Shown in pieces: positions 1 through 10,604 of a stretch of 64,000 nucleotides of DNA. Origin of the DNA: an uncultured Acidobacteriota bacterium (GTDB lineage: Bacteria > Acidobacteriota > Terriglobia > UBA7540); NCBI GenBank assembly GCA_963804995.1, contig CAWDSK010000003.1:224001-288000 (forward strand), written 5' to 3'. The notes under the pieces were generated by a model, which saw nothing but the letters and a program-made list of their open reading frames with translations, had not been told where the DNA came from and did no database searches. Made by a program: the position numbers and the translations under genes. Numbering within the stretch: position 1 is the stretch's first letter; the number at the start of each line of letters is the position of its first letter.

Positions 1-127
1 AAACTTCCAGGTCGCACAAGTTTGTCCCATTTGTGGCGATATCCGGGCATTGCGGGCGTAGTCACATCAAAATCCCCAAAACCTGCCCCACTGACCCCTG
101 GTTTGCGGCTCCCCCGCACTCCCCCCC

Positions 128-2088
128 TCACTTCATCAGTTCAGCCCAAAACTGGTCGTCCGGCTCTCCGAAAGTGCGATAGCGGAAACCCTCCAGGTGC
201 GGCGCGACGTTCCGCATCCAATTCGTGGGGTCAGTCCAGAGTACAGAGCGCGGCGCCATAGCCTTCACCAGATCGTTCAGATCCCAATGCAGCGCGAAAC
301 CCGGAATCACCGCGTCGTGCAGATCGCGGGTGATGGGAACTTCCACCGCCGCGCGCAGGCTGTAGGGAGTCTGATCTATCCAGATCTTGCCGATACGTGA
401 ATCGATGGCCGCGGCCATCAGCAGCCACACGCCCCGGCCGTCACGCGCCGCGGCGCGTATGCGGCTGGCATCAACGTCAGGCCGATCGACCAACAGGTCC
501 ACCCCGCGCATAATATCGCTCGCGCGCAGGCCCGCCATATTCTTCCCAATCACCCAGGCGCGTATGTTCTGCTTGGTGGCGGCTTGGTCCTCATGCGTCT
601 CGGGCAGCGGCACACCGCGCGGCTCTAAATTCAGCACCACAAGGTTTTGCGCGGCCAATCCCTCAGCCACGGCGGCGGGAAGGTCAACCAGCAGAACTGC
701 GGGCTTCCGCCCCGGTGCGTTGGGCGCGTACAAAGTCGCGGATATTTCCAGCGTCGGCTCAACTTGCAATGCCAGTTGTTGAGTGCGAAACGCGTCTCCG
801 GATGTGTCACTTACCACCCGCACGGAGGGCGCGTGGCCAATGGGAGATCCAGCCCACTTACGGATTTCCGCCTGCAACTGTTCCGTGCTGCCCTGGCTCA
901 TCCTCTGGTGAAAACCTTCCGCGATCACCTGGGAAACACCGCGCCCCCCCACTTGGCCGGTCTCCGAGGCGAGCAGATCGAAATCCGGCACGGGCTCAAA
1001 GGGCTCTTCACGGAAGTTGCCTTTACCATCTTTCAGCCAGCGAATCATCCACTCGTAGATGTCCTCGCGAACCTCCAGCGGTATGCCGTGCGGACCCGGG
1101 CCGACCGCCCAACTGATCTTGTTTTCAGCGCCAAAAATCCGGTACCAGTCCAGGGCTTCCTGATAAGCATGACGGGCGCCGTCGATGGGAAAGAAATCGC
1201 CGACCGTGGATACCACCAGCCAGGGCTTGGGCGCGAAGAGCTCCATGTAATCCGCCACGTCCAGACCGGAGGAAAGGAAGAACGGAAAGCTCTGTTCAGA
1301 ATCCCCCGTGGGTCCCGCAAAGAGATAGTGCCAGGTGTTGGTGTAGCAGGCCGGCGCCGCGGCCTTGACGCGCGGGTCGAGGGCTGAGATGTAGGTCGTC
1401 AGGGTTCCACCCCCGAGCAGCCCGTGACGCCAATCTTATCGGCATCCACCTCCGGGAGGCTTACCAGATAGTCCAGCGCGCGCTTGGCATCCCAAATTCG
1501 ATAGCGGGCAAAGTTTTCACCCGCCAGGATGCTCTGTGCGCCGGCTTGGAAATGCTGATCGGTGGAGCCGCCGATAAGCGATGTCTCGACGCGCGGATCG
1601 TATGCTTGCTGGCGCTCACCCTGGCCGATAGGGTCGTAAGTCAGCACGACAAAACCCTTCATGGCCAGATTCGCGTCCATGACTTGCTCCCTAACCTTGC
1701 CTTGTTCCCAATGGCCCATCGGCCGAAGTATGCCTGGATGCTTGCCGCTCTCTTTGGGCAGATAAAGGTTTGCCGCAACATAAAATTGGGGAAGACTTTC
1801 GAAGATGAGCTTCTCGATGGTATAGCTCGGACGTTCAATCTTTCCGGTTACGCGTGCATTCAGCGGCCCGTTGTAATTCGGGAGCCCACCCAGCAACTCC
1901 AGGATCTTGGCGTGCACCTGGGCTTGGCGAGCTTGCGCTTCACCCACCGTGTGGATTTTCGCGAGCGCCGTCTCACGATTGGCAAGTTGCTGTTGTGCGA
2001 TGCTGTCCATCCAGCGCAGCAAGCTGTCGTCCTGCGCCAGTAAAGGCGCGACACTGAGGGCATAAACCAACAGGAGTTTTTTCAGCAT
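128..2088 (-). CDS. Secreted acetylxylan esterase-like alpha/beta hydrolase, split by one frameshift at ~1410
   Basis: ORF 1399..2088 has a signal peptide and runs to GVTGCSG. Adding one G to the G5 run gives GCSGGGTLTTYISALDPR, continuing into ORF 128..1258. Confidence 0.8.
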
Positions 2089-2285
2089 GCTAATCCCATC
2101 TCCATATTCTCAGGTAATTTTGGGCCGCCGTGCTTCTCGACCGCAGGCAAACACCGGGGTCTGTGGCCTTAGCCCACAGCTCGCCGATTCGTTCGTGAGG
2201 GCATGTCCATCATGGACCCTTGGGCGCCCGCGATTATACACCGACTGCTTGCGCCCGGGTCTTTCGGGCCAAGGCCGCGCCACGC

Positions 2286-2315
2286 TTGACCCCAGAGCAG
2301 TCCGGGGGTTAAACT
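2286..2315 (+). promoter_or_regulatory. Possible sigma70 promoter of tRNA-Arg
   Basis: TTGACC (2286) and TAAACT (2310) directly upstream of the tRNA. Confidence 0.45.
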
Positions 2316-2326
2316 CCCTTCGATGT

Positions 2327-2403
2327 GCGCCTGTAGCTCAGATGGATAGAGCGTTTGCCTCCGGAGCAAAAGGTCGCAGGTTCGAATCCTGCCAGGCGTA
2401 CCA
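2327..2403 (+). tRNA. tRNA-Arg (CCG)
   Basis: Acceptor GCGCCTG/CAGGCGT, D arm TAGCTCAGATGGATAGAGC, anticodon arm TTTGC-CTCCGGA-GCAAA, T loop GGTTCGAATCC, encoded CCA. Confidence 0.97.
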
Positions 2404-2626
2404 AAATCCTCCGTGGCATAAGACGTTTCAAAGACATCAGGACGCACAGAGAGCAACTGGCTGGTGTGTGATTGCTCGCAGGTGGCAATCGCATCATACA
2501 AACCGCCAACCTCGGCCCTGCCCTATCATAAGGTGCACCGGAAATCGCGCCTGCAGTGTTCGGGAGCAATCTTTTGGGATTACGAACGGCAACGGGTTTG
2601 GATAGATTTCGCGTGGGAGGTTGAGC

Positions 2627-3649
2627 ATGAAAAATTGGACCCTGTCGCGGCGTCAATTTTTGCGCCGGGCTTCCGCGGGACTGGCCGTTGCTGGTTTTGC
2701 AGGAGGCGATTTTGTGGCATCAAAATACCCTGAGGAGGGCAAAGTAAGTGGGACCTCGCTCGCTATGCCCCGCTATGGCGCACAAGTGGGACAAGCTTAC
2801 GACCTCAAATCGCTGCGCATCTGGGACTGCCACACCCATTTAATTGGCTTCAAGGGTTCGACGCCAGCGGAGCGGATGGCGGACATGCTGCGTTTCGCCG
2901 ACCGTATGGATATTGAGCGGATGTGCGTGTTCCTGGGCATGAAGGAGGCCTTCCATGGTGGCCGGGAGGAGATGCGCCAGCAGAACGACGAGGTCCTGGA
3001 CGCCGTAAGCCACTCGGGTGGCCGCGCCCTGGGTTACGCCTTCATGGATCCCTTTTCCGATGTCCCCGCCTGCGTCGATGAAATCAACCGGTGTGTGCGC
3101 GACGGCCCCATGGTGGGTTTGAAGTTTGAGTATGACACGCTGCGCCATCCGGGTGAGCAGCCGGGCGCGCCGACCTACGGAACTCCTCGCGACCTGAGTT
3201 TTCTGGACCCGATTTTCAAGCGCGCCGGTGAGCTCGATGCCGTCATCCTGCATCACACCTGGATTAATTCGCTGGGACCCGAGGACCCCGCCGAATCCAC
3301 GCCCATGGAGATCGCCGCGATCGCCCGCCGCCATCCCACCGTGACCGTCATCTGCGGCCACACGGGAGGCAATTGGGAGCTGGGGATTCGCGCCATCCGC
3401 GGGGTGAAGAACGTTTACGCTGATCTCTGCGGGTCCGATCCCGTGGCGGGCTACACGGAGATGGCGGTGCGCGAATTAGGCGCGGAGCGCGTGATGTACG
3501 GCAGCGACGTGGGTGGGCGCAGCTTTGCGTCGCAGCTTGCGAAGGTGATGGGTGCGGATATTCCCGAATCGGCGCGGCGCCTGGTTCTGGGCGGAAATTT
3601 GCGCCGCGTGCTGCAACCCATTCTTACGGCAAAGGGGTTGAAGGTGTGA
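2627..3649 (+). CDS. Tat-exported amidohydrolase family 2 protein
   Basis: GGAGG RBS, SRRQFL twin-arginine motif, DCHTH metal motif, YGSD near the C-terminus. Confidence 0.85.
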   Translation: MKNWTLSRRQFLRRASAGLAVAGFAGGDFVASKYPEEGKVSGTSLAMPRYGAQVGQAYDLKSLRIWDCHTHLIGFKGSTPAERMADMLRFADRMDIERMCVFLGMKEAFHGGREEMRQQNDEVLDAVSHSGGRALGYAFMDPFSDVPACVDEINRCVRDGPMVGLKFEYDTLRHPGEQPGAPTYGTPRDLSFLDPIFKRAGELDAVILHHTWINSLGPEDPAESTPMEIAAIARRHPTVTVICGHTGGNWELGIRAIRGVKNVYADLCGSDPVAGYTEMAVRELGAERVMYGSDVGGRSFASQLAKVMGADIPESARRLVLGGNLRRVLQPILTAKGLKV

Positions 3650-3691
3650 GGAGGGTGGCCGCGGCGCAAAGCCGCGGCGCGGGCATGTTGC

Positions 3692-3838
3692 GTAGCGCGG
3701 TCCCCCGCATTTGGGATCCGCGGTTCTTCGTTTTGGAAGAACCTCAAAGGTCGAACAAAGACGGCTTCTTCGCCATGATACATTCGCTCAATTGGCGCAG
3801 GAAGAGCCGCAGACCTCAACGGCGGAGGTCTGCGCTAC
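3692..3838. repeat. Single REP doublet (REPIN), same family as the 6287-7097 array
   Basis: GTAGCGCGGTCCCCC...GATCCGCGGTTCTTC and inverted GAAGAGCCGCAGACCTCAACGGCGGAGGTCTGCGCTAC. Confidence 0.85.
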
Positions 3839-3876
3839 ACGGGCTGTTCATCGACATAATGCTGAGGAAGCAAAAC

Positions 3877-6270
3877 ATGGTTGGCCACAAGCGGTCCGGC
3901 GGATGGCGCGTGGCATTCCCAGCGCCGACCTTGGGCCCAGCGATAGTCTTTAGCATTGGGGCACTCGTCTTCAGCGCGGCAGTGTTGCTTGGACAGAACC
4001 CCTGCGCCAATACGGCCGAGGGCCAGGCGTTATTCGGCAAAAACTGTGCGGGTTGCCATGGGGCTGACGCTTTGGGAAGTGACCGCGGACCGGCGCTCGC
4101 CGGCAATCGCGACTTGAGCGACCGGTCCCTGCGGAGTTTGCACGAGTTGATCAAGCTGGGGATTCCGGGGACGGGCATGCCGGCGTTCGATCTGCCCGAC
4201 AAAGATCTGGAGGCGCTTGCCGAATTCGTGCATTCACTCAATTGGCAGGCGGCGGGAACGAGCGTGCCGGGCGACCCTGCGGCCGGAGAGAAATATTTTT
4301 TCGGTAACGGGAAATGCAGTTCCTGCCACATGGTATCGAGCCGAGGGTCGGCCGTCGGTCCCAACCTCTCGAACCTCGGAAACGAAAAGACCCTCGAGGA
4401 GATTCGCGCGGCGCTTCTCAGCCCAATGCGCATGTGACTCCCGGCTACCAGTTGGTCACTGTCATCCTGCGCGATGGGAAAACCGTGCGCGGCTTTGCGC
4501 GCAACCGCACCAATTACGATATTCGTGTCGAAGACCTTCAGGGGAAATTCCATCTGATCGAAGAGGGCCAGTTTGTTTCGGTCCGCGCGGAGAAAGCCTC
4601 GGCCATGCCCGCGGTACAGGCTCGCCCGCAGGAGTTGCAGGATCTGATTGCCTACCTCAGCCACCTGACAGGTGTTGAGCCGGGCGCGCTGGCGGTCGCA
4701 TCTGCATTCTGCCCCCGGCGACATTGACTTTGAGCGGATTCTGCATCCCCGCCCCGGCGACTGGGCTACTTACAACGGGACCCTGAACGCGAACCGTTAC
4801 AGCGACCTCGCCCAAATCAACACCACCAACGTCAACCAGTTAAAATTGCGCTGGGTCTTCACGGTCCCCCTGTGGAAGAACCTTGTCCCTGACTCGCCGT
4901 ACTACGAGCAGAATTACGAAACCTTTGGGCTGGAGACGACGCCGCTGGTGGCCGACGGCATCATGTACATCACCGGTCCCGGGTCGGTCTTCGCGCTCGA
5001 TGCCCTGTCGGGGCGCTTGATCTGGCAGTACTCACGCCATCGCACTCCCAGCGTGGTGGGAGACGCGTCCCTCGGCACGAATCGCGGCGCGGCCATCCTG
5101 GGGGACAAGGTATTTTTTGTAACCGACAACGCACACCTGATCGCGCTCAACCGCACCACCGGAAAACTGGTTTGGGAAGCGGTGATGCCGGAAGAGGCCC
5201 AGCACTACGGTGGCACCGTGGCCCCCTTGGTCGTCAAGGATATGGTGGTCGCGGGTGTGGCGGGAGGCGATTGGGGGATTCGCGGATTTGTGGCCGCGTT
5301 TAAGGCCGAAACGGGTGAACGGGTTTGGCGAACCTATACCATCCCCGCCAAGGGAGAGCCGGGAATTGAGACTTGGGGTCCCCAAGAACCCAAGTTGGGA
5401 GGCGGTGGCACCTGGCTGACCGGCTCCTATGACCCCGAAACCGATACGCTTTACTGGCCGACCGGCAATCCCTGGCCTGATTCGGACGACCGCGACCGCC
5501 CCGGCGACAACCTGTATACCGATTCCATCCTGGCGCTCGATCCCGCCACGGGAAAGATGAAGTGGTATTACCAGTTCACACCCCACGATGTGAAGGATCA
5601 GGACGCTAATCAGCCCCCGGTGCTGATCGATGCACACTATCAGGGGCAGGACCGCAAGCTAATGTTGTTTGGGGGCCGCAATGGATTCTTCTATGTGCTC
5701 GATCGAACAAACGGCAAAGTCCTGCTGGCGAAGCCTCTGGTGAAATGGCTGACTTGGGCGAGCGGAATTGGCGCGGATGGGCGGCCGCAACTTCTGAAGG
5801 AAGGCAACGTATCCTGCCCGGATATTGCCACCAACTGGAACGCTACGGCCTTCAGCCCCAAGACCCGCCTCTATTACGTGATGGTGCGGGAGAGGTGCGT
5901 GGTCAACCTCGCGTCATTGCGGCGCGGCGAGGAACCGCCGCACGTGGAGCCGGAAAAGAAGTACCTGCGCGCCCTTGATATCGAAACAGGAAGGATTGTT
6001 TGGGAAATGCCGCAGGCCGGTCCCGCCCGCGAGAAGAGAGAAGCGGGGGTGCTGGCGACCGCGGGGGGTCTGATTTTCTACGGAGACCCGCCGGGAGATT
6101 TTGTGGCCTTGGATGAACGAAACGGGAAACCCCTGTGGCACTTCCCTGCCGGCGCGGAAAATAAAACCTCGCCCATGACTTACACGGTGGGCAATAAACA
6201 GTTTGTGGCGATCGCTATCGGGCCCAATGTGCTTTGCTTTGCCTTGCCTTCGGGGACGGCCATGAAATGA
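3877..6270 (+). CDS. Di-heme cytochrome c / PQQ-dependent dehydrogenase fusion, two apparent frameshifts (~4423 and ~4700)
   Basis: CAGCH and CSSCH heme motifs, then a heme-binding-associated segment (ORF 4314..4727). ORF 4672..6270 is a PQQ beta-propeller with ALDA..G..W repeats and YQFTPHD. Confidence 0.8.
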
Positions 6271-6286
6271 GGGGCAGCGTACGGCG

Positions 6287-7097
6287 GGCCTGTTTCGTAG
6301 CGCGGTCCCCCGGTTTTGGGGTCCGCGGTTCTTCGTTTGCCTGACCCGCAAAACTCAAAGACCTCTTCGCCACGATACTTTCGCTCATATGACGCAGGAA
6401 GAACCGCAGACCTCAACGGCGGAGGTCTGCGCTACGCCGCTCGTGGCCCGGACGGCCTGTTTCGTAGCGCGGTCCCCCGGTTTTGGGGTCCGCGGCTCTT
6501 CGTTTGCCTGACCCGCAAAACTCAAAGACCTCTTCGCCACGATACTTTCGCTCATATGACGCAGGAAGAACCGCAGACCTCAACGGCGGAGGTCTGCGCT
6601 ACGCCGCTCGTGGCCCGGGCGGCCTGTTTCGTAGCGCGGTCCCCCGGTTTTGGGGTCCGCGGCTCTTCGTTTGCCTAACCTGCAAAACTCAAAGACCTCT
6701 TCGCCACGATACTTTCGCTCATATGACGCAGGAAGAACCGCAGACCTCAACGGCGGAGGTCTGCGCTACGCCGCTCGTGGCCCGGGCGGCCTGTTTCGTA
6801 GCGCGGTCCCCCGGTTTTGGGGTCCGCGGCTCTTCGTTTGCCTAACCTGCAAAACTCAAAGACCTCTTCGCCACGATACTTTCGCTCATATGACGCAGGA
6901 AGAACCGCAGACCTCAACGGCGGAGGTCTGCGCTACGCCGCTCGTGGCCCGGGCGGCCTGTTTCGTAGCGCGGTCCCCCGGTTTTGGGGTCCGCGGCTCT
7001 TCGTTTGCCTAACCTGCAAAACTCAAAGACCTCTTCGCCACGATACTTTCGCTCATATGACGCAGGAAGAACCGCAGACCTCAAAGGCGGAGGTCTG
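6287..7097. repeat. Tandem array of five 167-bp GTAG-REP doublets (BIME-like); the fifth unit is interrupted by an intron and resumes at 9011
   Basis: Units start at 6287, 6454, 6621, 6788 and 6955. Each has two inverted GTAG+palindrome arms around a near-constant spacer. Confidence 0.93.
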
Positions 7098-9010
7098 GTG
7101 CGCCGGGATAAACCGGCAGAAAGCAGAGAATGAAAATTTCTCACGAGGAAGGAGTAGCGATCCACTCGGCCCCGAGTTTTGCGCTGGGCGTCGTGAGGCG
7201 CACGGTGAAGCGTAAACAGGGGAATAGGTGGGCTGGGTATTGAGCTTCGGAAATGTCCAATCAGGACGCCGACGTTTTCAGACTAAACGGAAGGCAACAT
7301 GAGGCCGGGACGCCAACGCGAGTTCCGGCACAGTCCTGCGTAGTCGTAGACCCCAGACACGCCTAGACACTTTCTGCACGAGAACCGGGAGACCTCGGAG
7401 GCGCCGGCCGCCGTAGATCGTGGCCGGACGGCGGGAAAAGGCGATGGCCGTACAGCCCGCCTGCACGCTTTCGAGGAGTCGGACAGCGGAACAGTACCGA
7501 TGAATCATTTGAACAAAGACGGGAAGCCGTTGGCGGAGAATGAGGAGGGAAGGCCGCTGATCAAGGAGAACACCCGTTGGCCTAACACGCACCCGACACA
7601 GAGCGGGGCACGCGTGTCCCAGGGACTCGCGGGTGTGCGGAAAGCCGCGAAGGAACACAGGGAGATGAAGTTCACGGCCTTGCTCCACCACTTAACGGTC
7701 GATCTGCTGCGGGAAAGCTTTTACGCCTTGAAGCGAAAAGCTGCACCGGGAGTAGACGGCATGACGTGGCAGGAGTATGAAAGCGGGCTGGAAGGTCGAC
7801 TCGTCGATCTGCACAGCCGGGTCCACCGCGGAGCATTCCGAGCGAAGCCCTCGCGAAGGGCGTATATCCCGAAAGGCGACGGGCGGCAACGTCCGTTGGG
7901 GGTTGCGGCACTGGAGGACAAGATCGTCCAACAGGCCGTGGTCACCATCCTCAATGCGATTTACGAGGAAGACTTTCTGGGCTTCTCGTATGGCTTTCGA
8001 CCGGGATGCAGCCAGCATCAAGCGCTGGACGCGCTCTCGTACGCGCTCACGGTGAAGCACGTGAACTACGTTCTTGACGCGGACATTCGTGGATTTTTCG
8101 ATTCGATATCCCACGAATGGATGCTCAAGTTCGTGCAGCATCGCGTCGCCGACCCCCGGATTCTCCGGCTCATCCAGAAATGGCTGAAAGCCGGGGTGAT
8201 GGAGGAAGGCGAATGGTCGGAGACGGAGATGGGTACGCCACAAGGGGCGGTGGTCTCGCCCCTGCTGGCGAATATCTATCTGCACTACGTCTTTGACCTG
8301 TGGGTGCAGGCGTGGCGCAAGAAGCACGCCCGGGGAGACGTGGTCGTGGTGCGGTATGCCGACGATACGGTCCTTGGATTCCAATCGCAGACGGAAGCCG
8401 ACCGCTTTCTGGAGGATTTCCGGGAGCGGGTGGGGAAGTTTGGATTGGAACTGCATCCTGACAAAACGCGCCGGATCGAGTTCGGGCCGTTTGCCGAACT
8501 TTACCGGAAACGGAGAGGAGAAGGTAAGCCGGAGACGTTCGACTTTCTGGGCTTCACGCATATCAGCGGGAAGAACCGGAGGGGGCAATTTACCGTGAAG
8601 CGGAAGACGATCAGCAAGCGCCTGCGGGGGAAGTTGCAGGAACTCAAGCAACAACTCCGGCAGCGTCGGCACGATCCCATCGCGGATACGGGTAAATGGC
8701 TCCGGTCGGTCGTGCAAGGCTACTTCAACTATCACGCGGTACCGGGAAACCTCGACCGCCTGCGAATCTTTCGGGAACGGTTGACCCGACTGTGGCGAAC
8801 GCAACTGCGTCAACGCAGTCAACGCCACCGCCTCAACTGGGACCGACTGGGGAAGCTTGCGGCCTGCTGGTTGCCTGCTCCGCACGTTGTGCATCCTTGG
8901 CCATCCCAACGGTTCGCCGCCACACATCCGAGATAAGAGCCGTATGCGCTAACCAGCGCACGTACGGATCCGTGCGGGGGGTACCGGGTAACCGGTATCC
9001 CTACCGCAAC
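7098..9010 (+). mobile_element. Full-length group II intron (1913 nt)
   Basis: 5' GTGCG; domain V GAGCCGTATGCG...CGCACGTACGGATC (8937-8970, AGC triad); domain VI ending CCCTACCGCAAC. Flanks rejoin as GGAGGTCTG|CGCTACGCCGC, the intact repeat sequence. Confidence 0.95.
7614..8936 (+). CDS. ltrA: Group II intron reverse transcriptase/maturase, no C-terminal endonuclease evident
   Basis: APGVDG, RPLG, FSYGFRPG, GTPQG..VSPLLANIYL, VRYADD, FDFLGF. Start uncertain (ORF open from 7500; GTG at 7614 preferred). Confidence 0.93.
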   Translation: MSQGLAGVRKAAKEHREMKFTALLHHLTVDLLRESFYALKRKAAPGVDGMTWQEYESGLEGRLVDLHSRVHRGAFRAKPSRRAYIPKGDGRQRPLGVAALEDKIVQQAVVTILNAIYEEDFLGFSYGFRPGCSQHQALDALSYALTVKHVNYVLDADIRGFFDSISHEWMLKFVQHRVADPRILRLIQKWLKAGVMEEGEWSETEMGTPQGAVVSPLLANIYLHYVFDLWVQAWRKKHARGDVVVVRYADDTVLGFQSQTEADRFLEDFRERVGKFGLELHPDKTRRIEFGPFAELYRKRRGEGKPETFDFLGFTHISGKNRRGQFTVKRKTISKRLRGKLQELKQQLRQRRHDPIADTGKWLRSVVQGYFNYHAVPGNLDRLRIFRERLTRLWRTQLRQRSQRHRLNWDRLGKLAACWLPAPHVVHPWPSQRFAATHPR

Positions 9011-9100
9011 CGCTACGCCGCGGGTGGCCCTGAAGGGGCGGAATAGGTGAATCCGTATAGCGCAGGGCAAGATGTGCGGGGTTTTGAAATGAGTTCTGGT

Positions 9101-10555
9101 TTACTCTGGCGGGATCTCCTCAGGATTTGTAAGAGCAATCCCTTCTGCGGGCTCCTCGGAATCCACGTCTCGAAGACTGCGTTTTGGACCCCATGCCCTG
9201 GGAAACTTCTTGGGCAACACCCCAGCACCGGATTTTCGTAACATCCTATCCAGAGCGAGCACGTAGGGGAAAATCGGAGCGCTCAGCATCCAAGCCGCCG
9301 AATAGTAAGCGAACGTCGATTCGCTGATGGAGGAAATGGTGATGAAGAGCAGAACTCCGGGGATATCAGGTGGGATCAAGGACTTGTCGCGTGGCTGGCG
9401 AAAGACGAAATGCTTTGCCGTAACCCACCAAACCACGGTAAGTGCGAGGATGGCCGCTCCACCCCCCAGGACGCCCGTTTGTATCAAGACGTGCAAGAAG
9501 GCGTCGTGAATATGTTGTCCGGACAAGTAGACGCGATCAGCCTGAAAACCAAAGCCCCACCAGGGAGATCTGAGAAAAAGATCCCACCCTTCTACCCAGA
9601 CTCTGGTGCGTCCGGTTATGGAGAGATCGACTTTGCCAGTCCGGGTTAAATAGAGGAAGGCGTGTGAGAAGAATCCCATCACACCCAAAAGACAGGTGGC
9701 GGCAACGCCTGCCGCGACGAAGACCGTGCGTCGGGCCCTTTGCACCCACATAACCAGAAAAGCGCTGGCCACAAACGCCAGAACTTCGGTGCGCCCATTG
9801 GCGATCACGAGGGAATAGAACGAAGCAAGAAATACCACGAACCAGATGAAACGGACAGAGCGCTTGCCCTCCCAAAGGCGGGAAAGAGCCACGATGCCGG
9901 AAATCGCGGCGTACCTTGCAAAACCCGTATTCCGCGAAGCCATCCCGAGTATCTCACCGCTGGCCTGATAGTTCCCCTCCCGAATCTCGCCTTGATAACC
10001 CGTCAAGGCGCCTCGACCCAGGCCTGGAATGACCCCCAATATGCCGAACGTAATGAAAACGCTCACCAGCCAGGTGAAGGTCATTACGTGCCGGAGATCT
10101 GGAAGGGGATTCGGTACCATGACTATCGCCACAAGCATCAACACAATCGACAGATAGGTACAACCAAAGAAAGTGGCATAGGAGGCATTGCTCGATACAA
10201 ACAGGGACGAAGCCAAACCCACAATCGAATAGAAAAACAGCCAGCCGAGTGGCCCGCTGATCCAGGGCGCTAAACGATTGATTCGAGTCATGATGACAAT
10301 AAGGGCGACCCAACCACCCAATATGGGAAAGTAGGCCCTGATACCCTGGATAAAAGCACCGGCAGTGGTCATGAGGCGCGGGTCGAATAAGAGATCGGGA
10401 GCGGCGTTATACCCCGCCCAGAGCAAAGTCCACATTCCGATGCCCATGATGGCATTGGGACTGATCCGCTTTTGAGCCAAGGCCGCCTGAGGCAGTGCGG
10501 CCGCCCTGCTGGCCCGCTGCACCCTGCGGATAGGTCTTGTTACGTCTACACCCAT
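9101..10555 (-). CDS. O-antigen ligase/polymerase (Wzy_C-like) membrane protein
   Basis: Many transmembrane segments; SITGRT.VW...P.WG.G and HIHD....L..TG.LG motifs. Confidence 0.8.
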   Translation of the reverse strand: MGVDVTRPIRRVQRASRAAALPQAALAQKRISPNAIMGIGMWTLLWAGYNAAPDLLFDPRLMTTAGAFIQGIRAYFPILGGWVALIVIMTRINRLAPWISGPLGWLFFYSIVGLASSLFVSSNASYATFFGCTYLSIVLMLVAIVMVPNPLPDLRHVMTFTWLVSVFITFGILGVIPGLGRGALTGYQGEIREGNYQASGEILGMASRNTGFARYAAISGIVALSRLWEGKRSVRFIWFVVFLASFYSLVIANGRTEVLAFVASAFLVMWVQRARRTVFVAAGVAATCLLGVMGFFSHAFLYLTRTGKVDLSITGRTRVWVEGWDLFLRSPWWGFGFQADRVYLSGQHIHDAFLHVLIQTGVLGGGAAILALTVVWWVTAKHFVFRQPRDKSLIPPDIPGVLLFITISSISESTFAYYSAAWMLSAPIFPYVLALDRMLRKSGAGVLPKKFPRAWGPKRSLRDVDSEEPAEGIALTNPEEIPPE

Positions 10556-10604
10556 TTAGGCCTCATGGGAAGGTTCTGCCAGCCCTTCCTCGTAAATCCT
10601 TTTT

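Noticed and set aside
2327..2403. tRNA as an island integration site
   Set aside because: I saw no integrase and no duplicated tRNA 3' end in the window.
6287..7097. CRISPR array or RT-associated spacer array next to a reverse transcriptase
   Set aside because: Intervening sequences are near-identical rather than unique spacers, no cas genes are present, and the RT lies inside a canonical group II intron.
6316..7215. Four near-identical 120-132 aa ORFs
   Set aside because: Translations of the noncoding 167-bp repeat.
7500..8936. Retron, DGR or defence RT
   Set aside because: Intron boundaries, domains V/VI and the maturase region are all present; no template/variable repeat pair or msr-msd was seen.
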